Source of the DNA: Candidatus Binatia bacterium
GTDB taxonomy: Bacteria > Desulfobacterota > Binatia > UBA9968 > JAJDTQ01
Direction of reading: 5' to 3'
DNA: 64,000 nucleotides
NCBI GenBank assembly: GCA_963666515.2
Contig: OY762897.2
Span: 3,712,001 to 3,776,000, forward strand
In this document: positions 11,064 to 22,826 of the stretch, piece after piece
Layout of the letters: each line of letters opens with the position of its first letter
Numbering within the stretch: the first letter of the stretch is position 1
Notes under the pieces: generated by a model
Told to the model about the DNA's origin: nothing
Seen by the model: only the letters and a program-made list of their open reading frames with translations
Databases searched by the model: none
Translations under genes and position numbers: made by a program

Positions 11064-12121
11064 CAACCGCAAGCGCTTCGAATATCGAGATCCATTCCCT
11101 CTACAAGGTCTTCGGCGACGATCCCCGGTCGGTGATGCCCCTGGTGCGGGACGGCGTGGACAAGCAGGAGCTGCTGGAGTCCCACGGCCACGTGCTGGGG
11201 CTTCGGGACATCAACCTGACGGTCAAGCCGGGCAGCATCCAGGTGGTGATGGGGCTCAGCGGCTGCGGCAAGTCCACCCTGGTGCGGCACGTCAACCGGC
11301 TCATCGACCCCACCGAAGGGACCGTGCTGGTGGACGGCCAGGACGTGCTCGGCCTGGACCAGGGCGCGCTGCAGCACCTGCGGCGGCACAAGGTCAGCAT
11401 GGTGTTCCAGCGCTTCGCGCTGTTTCCCCACCGGACCATCCTGGAGAACGTCCGCTACGGCCTGCAGATGCAGGGCGTGGCGCGGGCGGAATGCGACGAA
11501 CGGGCCGAGCGCTGGATCGAGCGGGTCGGGCTCTCGGGCTACGAGGCCTCCTACCCGCACCATCTCTCCGGCGGCATGCAGCAGCGCGTGGGCCTCGCCC
11601 GGGCGCTGGCCACCGAAGCCGAGATCCTGCTGATGGACGAGGCCTTCAGCGCCCTGGACCCGCTGATCCGCACCGACATGCAGACCCTGCTGCTGGAGCT
11701 GCAGCGGGAGCTGCACCGGACCATCCTGTTCGTCACCCACGACCTCGACGAGGCCATCACCCTGGGCGACCGCATCGCCATCCTGCGGGACGGCGAGGTG
11801 GTGCAGAACGGCGATTCCCAGGAGATCGTGCTGCAGCCCAGCGACGACTACATCTCCAACTTCACCCGCAACATCAACCGCGGCCGGGTCATCCGGGTGG
11901 GCTCCATCATGGAGCCCACGCAGCCCCGCGCGCAGGCGCCGGCGGCCAGGGACTGTTCGGTTCCCTCGGAGATGCTGCTGGAGGAGGCGTTGCCGGTGGT
12001 GGTGGCGTCGCCCAACGACAAGGCCGCGGTGGTGGACGTCAAGGGCAAGACCGTGGGCGCCATCTCGGTGGGCCGGATGGTTCACGCCCTGGCCGGCGAC
12101 CGGCTGACGGGCGCGGCGTAG
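11060..12121 (+). CDS. proV: Glycine betaine/proline ABC transporter ATP-binding protein
   Basis: GLSGCGKST, LSGGMQQRVGLARAL, MDEAFSALDPLIR, THDLDEA; ATGA overlap with proW. Confidence 0.9.
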   Translation: MTTASASNIEIHSLYKVFGDDPRSVMPLVRDGVDKQELLESHGHVLGLRDINLTVKPGSIQVVMGLSGCGKSTLVRHVNRLIDPTEGTVLVDGQDVLGLDQGALQHLRRHKVSMVFQRFALFPHRTILENVRYGLQMQGVARAECDERAERWIERVGLSGYEASYPHHLSGGMQQRVGLARALATEAEILLMDEAFSALDPLIRTDMQTLLLELQRELHRTILFVTHDLDEAITLGDRIAILRDGEVVQNGDSQEIVLQPSDDYISNFTRNINRGRVIRVGSIMEPTQPRAQAPAARDCSVPSEMLLEEALPVVVASPNDKAAVVDVKGKTVGAISVGRMVHALAGDRLTGAA

Positions 12122-12158
12122 GTGGAGGTGTGGCCGAGAGTTTGCCGGGTGCGGGGAT

Positions 12159-12233
<75 letters not shown>

Positions 12234-12245
12234 TCTTGACCCACC

Positions 12246-12274
12246 CTCATAGGGGATCGGGAAAATGATGTCAA
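12246..12274 (-). promoter_or_regulatory. Sigma70-type promoter for tRNA-Gly
   Basis: Minus strand TTGACA (12269-12274), 17 bp spacer, TATGAG (12246-12251). Confidence 0.55.
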
Positions 12275-12287
12275 TCCTGGGGTGATG

Positions 12288-12299
<12 letters not shown>
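12266..12299. repeat. Perfect 17-bp tandem duplication
   Basis: tgatgtcaatcctgggg x2, overlapping the ftsB stop and containing the -35 box. Confidence 0.9.
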
Positions 12300-15271
<2,972 letters not shown>

Positions 15272-15351
15272 CCCTTGACATGCTCGGGACGAACGGTGAA
15301 AAGTCCTTCACAACCGTTCGTCGTGAGCGTAGCGAAGCGAAGTCGAAGGGC
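15272..15351. repeat. Two-armed REP/MITE-like inverted element, CCCTTCGAC family
   Basis: cccttgacatgctcgggacgaacgg ... ccgttcgtcgtgagcgtagcgaagcgaagtcgaagggc. Confidence 0.7.
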
Positions 15352-15387
15352 GCAAGCTTGCAGCCATGCGCGAGAGGAGCTGTAACC

Positions 15388-16821
15388 ATGGAAAATCGAG
15401 CGGCAGCGATACATGACGGGCTGAAGCACCCGGTGATCGACGGCGACGGCCACTGGATCGAGCCGATTCCGGTCTTTCTCGAATACCTGAGCGAGGCCGG
15501 CGGCGCCGGGGCGGTGGACAAGATCCGCGCGCTGTGGCGCCGGAACCAGGGGTGGTACCGGGCGACCGCGGCGGAACGCCAGCACCACCGCATGCGCCGC
15601 ACCATCTGGTGGGGCGTCACCGCGGACACGCTCGACAAGGCCACCGGGCTGCTGCCGGCCCTTCTGAACGAGCGGCTGCCCGAGCTGGGCATCGACTTCG
15701 CAATGATCTATCCGAGCTTCGGGCTGAGCGTCAACGGCATCCAGGACGACGACCTGCACCGGGCCGGCGTCCGCGCCTACAACATGATGACGTGGGACAT
15801 GTTCGCGCCGTACGCCGAAAGGTTCGCGCCGGTGGCCATCATCCCCTGCCACAGGCCGGAAGACGCCCTGGAGGAGATGGAATACGCGGTGGTGCAGCGC
15901 GGCTACCGGGCGATCATGCTGCGGGGCAACCAGGAGCGGAAGATCCCGGGCGCGGCCGAGGGCATCGATCCGGGCAAGGCCGCCTGGTACTGCGACAACA
16001 TCGCCCTGGACAGCCCCTACGACTACGAGCCGGTGTGGCAGAGGTGCGTCGAGCTGGGGGTGGCGGTGACCCAGCACTCGGGCAGCGGCCGATGGCACGA
16101 CCGCGCCTCCATCACCAACTTCACCTACAACCACGTCGGCCACTTCGCCGAGTCGAACCACGCCTTCGCCCGCGGCGTCTTCCTGGGCGGCCTCGTGAAC
16201 CGCTACCCGAGCCTCAACTTCGGGTTCATGGAAGGCGGCATAAGCTGGGCCTGCCAGATGTGCTTCGACCTGATAGAGCACTGGGAGAAGCGCCGCCGCG
16301 CCGGGCTGCAATACCCGGACGCCACCGACGTCGAAGAGTTGAAGGGGTTCATCGACCGCTACGGGGACGAGAGGCTCAAGGCCAACGCCGGAGCCCTCAT
16401 GGACAACCTGGACGCCTTCCGGCCCAACTGCAGCCTGGAGGAGCTGGCGAACCCCGATCACGTGGTGGACGACTTCGAGGCCGCGGGGATCGACTCCGAG
16501 GAGGACGTCGAGGCGGTGTTCGCCAACAACTTCTTCTTCGGCTGCGAGGCCGACGACCGCGCCACCATGTGGGCGTTCGATCCGCGCATGGGCGTGCGCC
16601 TACAGCCGATTTTCAGCTCCGACTTCACCCACTTCGACGTTCCCGACTTCAAGGAGGTGATCCCGGAAGCCTACGAAATGGTGGAGAAGGGCCACGTGAC
16701 CGAGCAGGACTTCCGCGAGTTCACCTTCACCAACGCCGCCCGCCTGCACACCCGCAACAACCCGGACTTCTTCAAGGGCACCGTGGTCGAGCAGGCCGTG
16801 GCAGAGGAGCTTGGGATGTAG
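15388..16821 (+). CDS. Amidohydrolase family protein (Amidohydro_2, long type)
   Basis: VIDGDGH, IYPS, RAYN, FMEGG, FFGCEADD, FSSDFTHFD. Confidence 0.85.
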   Translation: MENRAAAIHDGLKHPVIDGDGHWIEPIPVFLEYLSEAGGAGAVDKIRALWRRNQGWYRATAAERQHHRMRRTIWWGVTADTLDKATGLLPALLNERLPELGIDFAMIYPSFGLSVNGIQDDDLHRAGVRAYNMMTWDMFAPYAERFAPVAIIPCHRPEDALEEMEYAVVQRGYRAIMLRGNQERKIPGAAEGIDPGKAAWYCDNIALDSPYDYEPVWQRCVELGVAVTQHSGSGRWHDRASITNFTYNHVGHFAESNHAFARGVFLGGLVNRYPSLNFGFMEGGISWACQMCFDLIEHWEKRRRAGLQYPDATDVEELKGFIDRYGDERLKANAGALMDNLDAFRPNCSLEELANPDHVVDDFEAAGIDSEEDVEAVFANNFFFGCEADDRATMWAFDPRMGVRLQPIFSSDFTHFDVPDFKEVIPEAYEMVEKGHVTEQDFREFTFTNAARLHTRNNPDFFKGTVVEQAVAEELGM

Positions 16822-16845
16822 GCGCTCGCCTACTCGAACAGCCCC

Positions 16846-17295
16846 CTACTCGGAGCGCTTGGTGTCCGGTATCTCCCTTCGGGCGGTGTCCTCGTTCACC
16901 ACCGTCAACTCGATGAGACGCACCGCGGTGCCGCCCCCGACGTCCTTCCTGTGGGCCTTGAACCGCGCGTAGAGGACCGAGCGCGCCTTGACCTCCACGT
17001 CGATGGTGATCTTCTCGGTCGTGATCGGGAGGCTGCCCATTTCCGTCAGGATCGTGTGCTTGCCGGGCGGCAGTTCGTGAACCTGGTGGGTGCCGTTATC
17101 GAGGTCCGCCTTCCGCTCACCGTCCACGTAGACGCGCACCGGAAGAAGGCCGCCCACGAAAGACCACGGGCGGTACAGGTACACGAGGCCGACACCGGCC
17201 TCGGGCTTCGTCCATCCGTCGAAGGCGGGTCCCTGGACGGTGGCGCAGCCGCCCAGGAGCAGGGCGGCGGCAAGCCATGTCGCGGCGGCGCGCAC
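16846..17295 (-). CDS. Lipoprotein, DUF2846-like
   Basis: GTG start, lipobox LLGGC, VYLYRP..G...VYVDG...LPPGKH. Confidence 0.75.
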   Translation of the reverse strand: MRAAATWLAAALLLGGCATVQGPAFDGWTKPEAGVGLVYLYRPWSFVGGLLPVRVYVDGERKADLDNGTHQVHELPPGKHTILTEMGSLPITTEKITIDVEVKARSVLYARFKAHRKDVGGGTAVRLIELTVVNEDTARREIPDTKRSE

Positions 17296-17302
17296 GGAGT
17301 GG

Positions 17303-18316
17303 CTACGCTTCCAGCCCCAGCGAGTAGAAGCGGTTGGAGTTGTCGAAGAAGACCTTCCGCTTCTGATCCTCGGAAATGTCGGTCCGTTCGCGGACCTCCT
17401 TGGTGGCGTTGGGCCAGATGGTGTCCCAGTGCGGGTAGTCGGCGGCGAACAGCCACATGTCATCGCCGAAGCGGTCCATGCAGTAGGGCAGCATGGCGTC
17501 GTCCGGGTCGAAGCTCACGTACACCCGGCCGCTGGCGACGTACTCGCTGGGCTTGGCCTTGAGCAGCGGCGCTTCCTCGCTACGCCGCTCGTAGTGCTCG
17601 TCGATGCGGTCGAGCCAGTAGGGGAGCCAGCCGCACCCGGCCTCGAAGAAACCCAGCTTCAGATTGGGGAAGCGCTCCATCGCTCCGCAGGTCACGAGGC
17701 CGAGGAACGCCTGCATGATCTCGAAGGAGAAGCTCACGGTGTGGGCCTGGAGAAAGCTCTCCCAGCGCTCCTGTCCCTCCGCGCCCCAGGAGTTGCCGTG
17801 GAAGCAGACCGGGACCCCCAGCCGCTCGGCCTCGGCGTAGATGGGCCAGAACTCCTCGGCGCCGAGGTTCTTCTTGTGGCCGTGGGTGTGGATCATCACG
17901 CCGGGGTGGCGCCACTTGTTGACGGCCCGGTTCAGCTCCTCCACCGCCGCCGGAATGTTCTTCAGGGATACGGTGGCGATGCCCTTCAGGCGCGGGTTCT
18001 GCTGCTGGATCTCGCCGATGTAGTCGTTCCACGCCCGCGCCAGCGCTACCGAAAGATCGCTCTGAGGGACGAGGCAGAGGCTCAGCCCCATGGTCGGGTA
18101 GATGACGGTGAGGTCGATGCCCTCGACATCCATGTCCTTCACATACCCGTCGGTGCCGATGGTCATCTTGCCCATGCGTCCGAGAAAGCGGTCCCAGGTG
18201 TCGCTGGGAAACAGCCCCTGGCGGATGCGATGGTACTGCTCGGGTATGCGCGAGCGGTAGTCGTCGATGGTTTCGCGGATGTGCGAGTCGGAATCCACAA
18301 CGGGATAGGCAGCCAT
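17303..18316 (-). CDS. Amidohydrolase family protein (Amidohydro_2)
   Basis: VDSDSH, IYPT, RAWND, PVCFH, FEAGCGWLP, FAADYPHWD; GGAGG RBS. Confidence 0.88.
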   Translation of the reverse strand: MAAYPVVDSDSHIRETIDDYRSRIPEQYHRIRQGLFPSDTWDRFLGRMGKMTIGTDGYVKDMDVEGIDLTVIYPTMGLSLCLVPQSDLSVALARAWNDYIGEIQQQNPRLKGIATVSLKNIPAAVEELNRAVNKWRHPGVMIHTHGHKKNLGAEEFWPIYAEAERLGVPVCFHGNSWGAEGQERWESFLQAHTVSFSFEIMQAFLGLVTCGAMERFPNLKLGFFEAGCGWLPYWLDRIDEHYERRSEEAPLLKAKPSEYVASGRVYVSFDPDDAMLPYCMDRFGDDMWLFAADYPHWDTIWPNATKEVRERTDISEDQKRKVFFDNSNRFYSLGLEA

Positions 18317-18423
18317 ATGCGTGTACCTCCAAGGTTGGGGTTGTAGCGGCCCCGCAGTCGCCGGCGATCCTGTGTCACAAGCCGCTGGAATTGTGAATAC
18401 GGCAAGACGTTGCCGCGTGTCAA

Positions 18424-18774
18424 TCAACGCGGGGGGGCGCCGTAGACCCGGTCGGTCTTGGCGGCCATGATGAAGTCGTTGCGGTGGAGATTGCGAATCT
18501 TGTGGGTCCACCAGGTGACGCGGACGCGGCCCCATTCGGTGACGATCCTCGGGTGGTGGCCCTCCGCCTCCGCGATGTCCCCCACCGCCGCGGTGAAGGC
18601 CAGCGCCTGGGCGAAGTTCCCGAACTTGAAGAGCCGGTCCAGCTTGGGGATGCCGTCCTCCTCGATCATTGCCCATTCCGGCGTCTGCGGCTTCAGCACG
18701 CCGACCTCCTCTTCGGTCACCACCGGGGCATCCGCCCGGCACGCCACGCACTTCTCTTCGGTCAACTGGGTCAT
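18424..18774 (-). CDS. phhB: Pterin-4-alpha-carbinolamine dehydratase
   Basis: [31 protein letters not shown]. Confidence 0.92.
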   Translation of the reverse strand: MTQLTEEKCVACRADAPVVTEEEVGVLKPQTPEWAMIEEDGIPKLDRLFKFGNFAQALAFTAAVGDIAEAEGHHPRIVTEWGRVRVTWWTHKIRNLHRNDFIMAAKTDRVYGAPPR

Positions 18775-18877
18775 GGAATTCCTCCGGTATCAGGTAACGG
18801 GTCGGGGGTTAGCTTATCGGGTATATTGAGGGTAGGAAAACGGAACCGGGGCCGCGTGTTCCGGGACAGGAGGTGCC

Positions 18878-19897
18878 ATGTCAGACGATCGCTTTCGCGT
18901 GGTGGTGCTGGACGACTACGAGAGATTCTGCACCGGGGTTCCGGCCTACCGGGAAGCTGCGGGGTTGGCCGACGTCAAGGTGGTGGAGCACAAGCTCACC
19001 ACCGATGACGAATGGTCCGAGGCCGTGGGCGACGCCCACGCGGTGGTGCTCATGCGCGAGCGCTCGCCGTTCCGGCAACGGGAGTTCGGGCTGGCGCCTT
19101 CGCTCCGGTTCATCTCGCAGATCGGCCGCGGCATACCGCACCTGGATTTGGCCGAGGCCACCCGCCGCGGCATCGTGGTGTCGTGCACGCCCAACGACTC
19201 CGGCGCCTCCACCGTGGAGCTGACGATTGCGTTGCTGACGGCGCTGGCAAGGCAGATCCCGTCGGTGAGCCAGGGCATGCGCGAGGGCGCTTGGCCGCCG
19301 GCGGTGGGCATGCTGCTGGAGGGGAGGACCCTGGGGGTCATCGGCCTCGGCCGGATCGGCGCCAGGGTGGCCCGCATCGCACGGGCCATGGACATGAACC
19401 TGTTGGCCGCGGGCAAGACCCTGACGGACGAACGGGCCGCGGAGGCGGGAGCGCGGCGGGTCTCCCTCGATACGCTGCTGGAGGAATCGGACATCGTCTC
19501 GGTGCACTGCCGGCTGAACGCCGAGACCCGTGGACTCATCGGCCGCCGGGAATTCCAGCGCATGAAGCCCGGCGCGCTGCTCATCAACACGGCCCGCGGC
19601 CCGATCATCTCGGAGGAAGCGTTGGTCGAGTCGCTCCGGCAGGGGCATCCTGCGGGCGTCGGCCTCGACGTCTACGACGAGGAGCCGCTGCCACCGGACC
19701 ATCCGCTACGCGGCTTCGACAACGTCATCCTGGCCTCGCATCGCGGTTACGCCGTGGACCGCATCCTGCACCAGCGCTACCAAGCGGCGTTCACCAACGT
19801 CATCCGCTTCATCGAGGGCGCCCCGGTGGACGTCATCAATCCGGAGGCCGCCCCGCCACCGCCCCTGGATTCCGGGTCAAGTTTACCCCGGGCTTGA
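18878..19897 (+). CDS. D-2-hydroxyacid dehydrogenase family protein
   Basis: LDDY, MRERS, GLGRIG, INTARG, LDVYDEEPL, SHRGY. Confidence 0.9.
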   Translation: MSDDRFRVVVLDDYERFCTGVPAYREAAGLADVKVVEHKLTTDDEWSEAVGDAHAVVLMRERSPFRQREFGLAPSLRFISQIGRGIPHLDLAEATRRGIVVSCTPNDSGASTVELTIALLTALARQIPSVSQGMREGAWPPAVGMLLEGRTLGVIGLGRIGARVARIARAMDMNLLAAGKTLTDERAAEAGARRVSLDTLLEESDIVSVHCRLNAETRGLIGRREFQRMKPGALLINTARGPIISEEALVESLRQGHPAGVGLDVYDEEPLPPDHPLRGFDNVILASHRGYAVDRILHQRYQAAFTNVIRFIEGAPVDVINPEAAPPPPLDSGSSLPRA

Positions 19898-19916
19898 CCC
19901 GGGGCCCGGAATGACG
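19865..19916 (-). repeat. dRS3-like palindromic repeat with nested hairpin; contains the stop codon of the dehydrogenase
   Basis: ctggattccgggtcaag...cccggaatgacg; ends match the CGTCATTCC...GGAATCCAG consensus. Confidence 0.7.
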
Positions 19917-19919
19917 GTT

Positions 19920-19946
19920 GTAGGGGCGACCCGCGGTCGCCCCTAC
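19920..19946. repeat. GTAG-type REP palindrome
   Basis: gtaggggcgaccc-g-cggtcgcccctac. Confidence 0.7.
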
Positions 19947-19975
19947 CGGTGGCGGTCCTCGCCGCCAGTGATCCG

Positions 19976-20542
19976 TTACGACTCCGCCAGCACCTTGCGG
20001 AAGCGGTCCCGGTACTCGGTGTTGTAGAGGCGGGGAAAATTCTCCGGGTAGTCTTCTCCGGGCTCCACCTTGAGGTCCACCAGGATGGGGCCGTCCTCCT
20101 TGAGGAGGGTGTCGAGATTCTTGTCCCAGTCCTCCAGGTTGTCGAAGGTGTAGGTGTTGGCGTAGCCGGCTTCCTTGGCCATGCCGGTGAAGGTGAAGCC
20201 GCCGTGGATCGGGATCGGTACGGCGCCGTTGGTCTCGTAGGTGCCGTTCTCGCACACGCAGTGCACGAAGTTCTTCGGCGCGGCGTTGGCGATGGTGACC
20301 AGGGTGCCGAGGTTCATCAGCAGGCTGCCGTCGCCGTCCAGCACCACCACCCGCTTGTCCGGCCGCCCCAGGGCCAGGCCCAGGGCGTGGGACGAGCCCT
20401 GTCCCATGGCGCCGGTGAAGGTGTAGTTGAGGTCGGACGGCGCGATGTGGATCCAGTCCTGGGCCGCCTTGTACACCGCCACCACGATCTCGTCGGTCCG
20501 GTGGCGCGCCAGCACCTTGAGCATTTCGTCGCGTTTCATCAT
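19976..20542 (-). CDS. TPP-dependent decarboxylase beta subunit (sulfopyruvate/phosphonopyruvate decarboxylase ComE-like)
   Basis: GAMG, LGLAL, LDGDGSLLMNLG...ENGTYETNG TPP-binding motif. Confidence 0.82.
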   Translation of the reverse strand: MMKRDEMLKVLARHRTDEIVVAVYKAAQDWIHIAPSDLNYTFTGAMGQGSSHALGLALGRPDKRVVVLDGDGSLLMNLGTLVTIANAAPKNFVHCVCENGTYETNGAVPIPIHGGFTFTGMAKEAGYANTYTFDNLEDWDKNLDTLLKEDGPILVDLKVEPGEDYPENFPRLYNTEYRDRFRKVLAES

Positions 20543-20544
20543 GA

Positions 20545-21066
20545 TCAGATCGGCTCCCGTCCGATGAGCATGGCCACCGGCCGCTGCTCCGCATAGGCCG
20601 CTTCCACCATGGGCACGACCTGGTCTTCCGTGCCGGGCGCTTCGATGTTGGCGTGCTCGATCTGCATGGCGTCCAGGATCGGCTCGACGATGCGCAGGCC
20701 GTAGCGCTTGGACTGGGTGGGCGGGACGCCGGGCTCCTTCTGGAGCATCCCCACCATCATGCACACCGGGTTCTTCCCCTGCACGGCCACGCCGCGCACC
20801 GCGTTGATGGAGTCCAGCAGCCCCGTGTACTGCATCAGCAGCAGCGAGCGGTGCCCGGCGGCGTAGAGCCCGCTGCAGATGGACACGCCTTCGTCCTCCT
20901 TGCACACCTGCACCACCTGGAAGTCGGGGTCCTTGATCATCGCCTTCAGCACATGCTCGCTGGTGGTGCGGTCCGGCAGCGCCACGATGAACCGGATGCC
21001 CGCCCGCTTGATCTCCCGGATGAGGTCCTGTGCCTTGAGCCTGCCGGCGTCGTTGTCTCCCGCCAC
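20545..21066 (-). CDS. TPP-dependent decarboxylase alpha subunit (ComD-like)
   Basis: ALPD, CKEDEGVSICSG, LMQYTGL, EPILDAM; adjacent to the beta subunit. Confidence 0.8.
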   Translation of the reverse strand: MAGDNDAGRLKAQDLIREIKRAGIRFIVALPDRTTSEHVLKAMIKDPDFQVVQVCKEDEGVSICSGLYAAGHRSLLLMQYTGLLDSINAVRGVAVQGKNPVCMMVGMLQKEPGVPPTQSKRYGLRIVEPILDAMQIEHANIEAPGTEDQVVPMVEAAYAEQRPVAMLIGREPI

Positions 21067-21104
21067 GCTTCACTCCTTCCGTTTCTTCCACCGATTGCCG
21101 ACCT

Positions 21105-21707
21105 CTATACTATGGGGCTTCCTTCGAGGAAAGACTTGAACCTGTCCACGTCCTGGGCCGAATCCGCCCGCAGCTCGCACCAGCGCAGGGCGCCCTCGTA
21201 GAGGCGGACGGTTGGGCCGAGCCCATGGACGGCGGGCAACAGATCCCTCAGGCAGTCGTACCAGGCCCGGCGCTCGTCCCGGTCGGGAGGGTCCGGGTCG
21301 TCCGCGTCCAGGACCTCGCACAGGCGGCGCCATTCCAAGGTGGAGAAGCCCATCCGGAGATCCGCCGGATAGAGGCGCAGGGCGACGGCGCGGGGCCGGG
21401 TGAAGTGCTGGCGCTCGTCGAATTCCAGAATGAATCCGGGGCTTGCTATATAGTCCATGTAGTAGTCGCACGGCGGCATTCGCGGCGTTCGTATGAAGTC
21501 CCCGTAGCCCCGGTGGTCCCGCAGTCCGTCGAAGATGCGTTGCAGCACCTCTCCGATGGCGGTCCCGCGGTACGCATACGGGCTGCTGGGCCAGGGAAAC
21601 GAGTGGTCCTTGCGGCACGCATCCGGATAGAGCGTGGTCAGCAGCTCGTGCAGCCGGGTCTTGCAGTCGCGGCAGTGCTCGGAGTGCCGGGCGGAATTGG
21701 GAATCAC
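21105..21707 (-). CDS. Hypothetical protein, possible Vsr/PD-(D/E)xK-like endonuclease with an HxxxCxxC motif
   Basis: [13 protein letters not shown]...[20 protein letters not shown]; start uncertain (GTG 21707). Confidence 0.55.
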   Translation of the reverse strand: MIPNSARHSEHCRDCKTRLHELLTTLYPDACRKDHSFPWPSSPYAYRGTAIGEVLQRIFDGLRDHRGYGDFIRTPRMPPCDYYMDYIASPGFILEFDERQHFTRPRAVALRLYPADLRMGFSTLEWRRLCEVLDADDPDPPDRDERRAWYDCLRDLLPAVHGLGPTVRLYEGALRWCELRADSAQDVDRFKSFLEGSPIV

Positions 21708-21740
21708 CCGCGTATTATTGGTACTATCCGGACGAGAGGC

Positions 21741-21840
21741 AATCCCGGTTTCGGATCGGGAACCCTGTTCCGAACCGGGAACCTCGGTTTCGGCCCGGGA
21801 ATCCCCGGTTCGGGCCCGGGAAGTTCGGGCCCGGGAACCG
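21741..21840. repeat. Degenerate tandem array of about five 15-21 bp hairpin units
   Basis: aatcccggtttcggatcggg / aaccctgttccgaaccggg / aacctcggtttcggcccggg / aatccccggttcgggcccggg / aagttcgggcccggg. Confidence 0.7.
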
Positions 21841-21874
21841 TCATTGGCGCGGAAATGCTGCTCAGGCCCCCATC

Positions 21875-21902
21875 CGTCATTCCGGCGAAAGCCGGAATCC
21901 AG
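21875..21902 (+). repeat. dRS3-like palindromic repeat
   Basis: cgtcattccggcgaaagccggaatccag, same core as 37135, 61981 and 62055. Confidence 0.85.
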
Positions 21903-21924
21903 GAGGGGAGGGCGGGGGAAACAA

Positions 21925-22248
21925 ATGGGCTGGACGTACCTGTGCATCGCCGGCGTGTTCGAAGTCGTGTGGGTCATCGGCCTCAAGTACACCGCGGGTT
22001 TCTCCCGGCCGTGGCCGAGCCTCCTGACGGTCGCGGCCATGGCGGTGAGCTTCTACTTCCTGTCGCAGGCGGTGAAGACCCTGCCGGTGGGAACGGCCTA
22101 CGCGGTGTGGACCGGCATCGGCGCGGTGGGCGCGGTGATCCTGGGGATGATCCTGTTCGGCGAGTCCCGGGAGGCGTTGCGGCTGCTGTGCATCGGCCTC
22201 ATCGTGGCCGGCATCGTGGGGCTCAGGCTGGTCTCCAACGAAGGATGA
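21925..22248 (+). CDS. sugE: SMR family exporter (SugE/Gdx type)
   Basis: [38 protein letters not shown]. Confidence 0.88.
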   Translation: MGWTYLCIAGVFEVVWVIGLKYTAGFSRPWPSLLTVAAMAVSFYFLSQAVKTLPVGTAYAVWTGIGAVGAVILGMILFGESREALRLLCIGLIVAGIVGLRLVSNEG

Positions 22249-22264
22249 ACGCGCGGGAGCTTGA

Positions 22265-22813
22265 ATGAAACGTATCTGTGTCTTTTCGGGGTCCAGCAGC
22301 GGCGCGCTGGACGAGTACGCCCGGACCGCGGAGTCGCTGGGCCGCGAGCTGGCGCGGCGCGGCATCGGGGTGGTCTACGGCGCCGCCTCCATCGGGCTGA
22401 TGGGCTGCGTGGCCGACGCGGCGCTGGAGGAGGGCGGCGAGGTCATCGGCATCATCCCCGAGGCCCTGGTGATGGACGAGGTCGTGCACACCGGTCTCAC
22501 CGAGCTGAAGGTGGTGGGCACCATGCACGAGCGCAAGGCCCTGATGGCGCGGCTGTCGGACGGTTTCATCGCGCTTCCGGGAGGCTACGGCACGCTGGAG
22601 GAGCTGGCGGAGATGATCACGTGGCTGCAGCTCAAGATACACGCCAAGCCGTGCGGCGTCCTGAACGTCCGGGACTACTACGGTCACCTCATCCGCTTCC
22701 TCGACCACGCGGTGGACCAGGGTTTCCTGAAGCAGAAGCACCGCGACAAGCTGCTCATCGCCGACAACGTGGACGACATGCTTGAAGCCCTCGCCGGCTT
22801 CCGCCTCCCTTGA
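22265..22813 (+). CDS. LOG family nucleotide phosphoribohydrolase (TIGR00730)
   Basis: ICVFSGSS, GLMG, MHERK, PGGYGTLEE. Confidence 0.92.
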   Translation: MKRICVFSGSSSGALDEYARTAESLGRELARRGIGVVYGAASIGLMGCVADAALEEGGEVIGIIPEALVMDEVVHTGLTELKVVGTMHERKALMARLSDGFIALPGGYGTLEELAEMITWLQLKIHAKPCGVLNVRDYYGHLIRFLDHAVDQGFLKQKHRDKLLIADNVDDMLEALAGFRLP

Positions 22814-22826
22814 CCCCGGGTGTCGG

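Noticed and set aside
18371-18400. CRP/FNR-like site (tgtgtcaca, ttgtga)
   Set aside because: Half-site spacing does not fit TGTGA-N6-TCACA; too short to support
21728-21770. Canonical guanidine-III riboswitch call
   Set aside because: Only the 5' CCGGACGAG/CCGG part matches; the pseudoknot partner was not found, so it is kept only as a low-confidence finding
21741-21840. Possible CRISPR array
   Set aside because: Units are adjacent, degenerate and 15-21 bp with no unique spacers; no cas genes in the window
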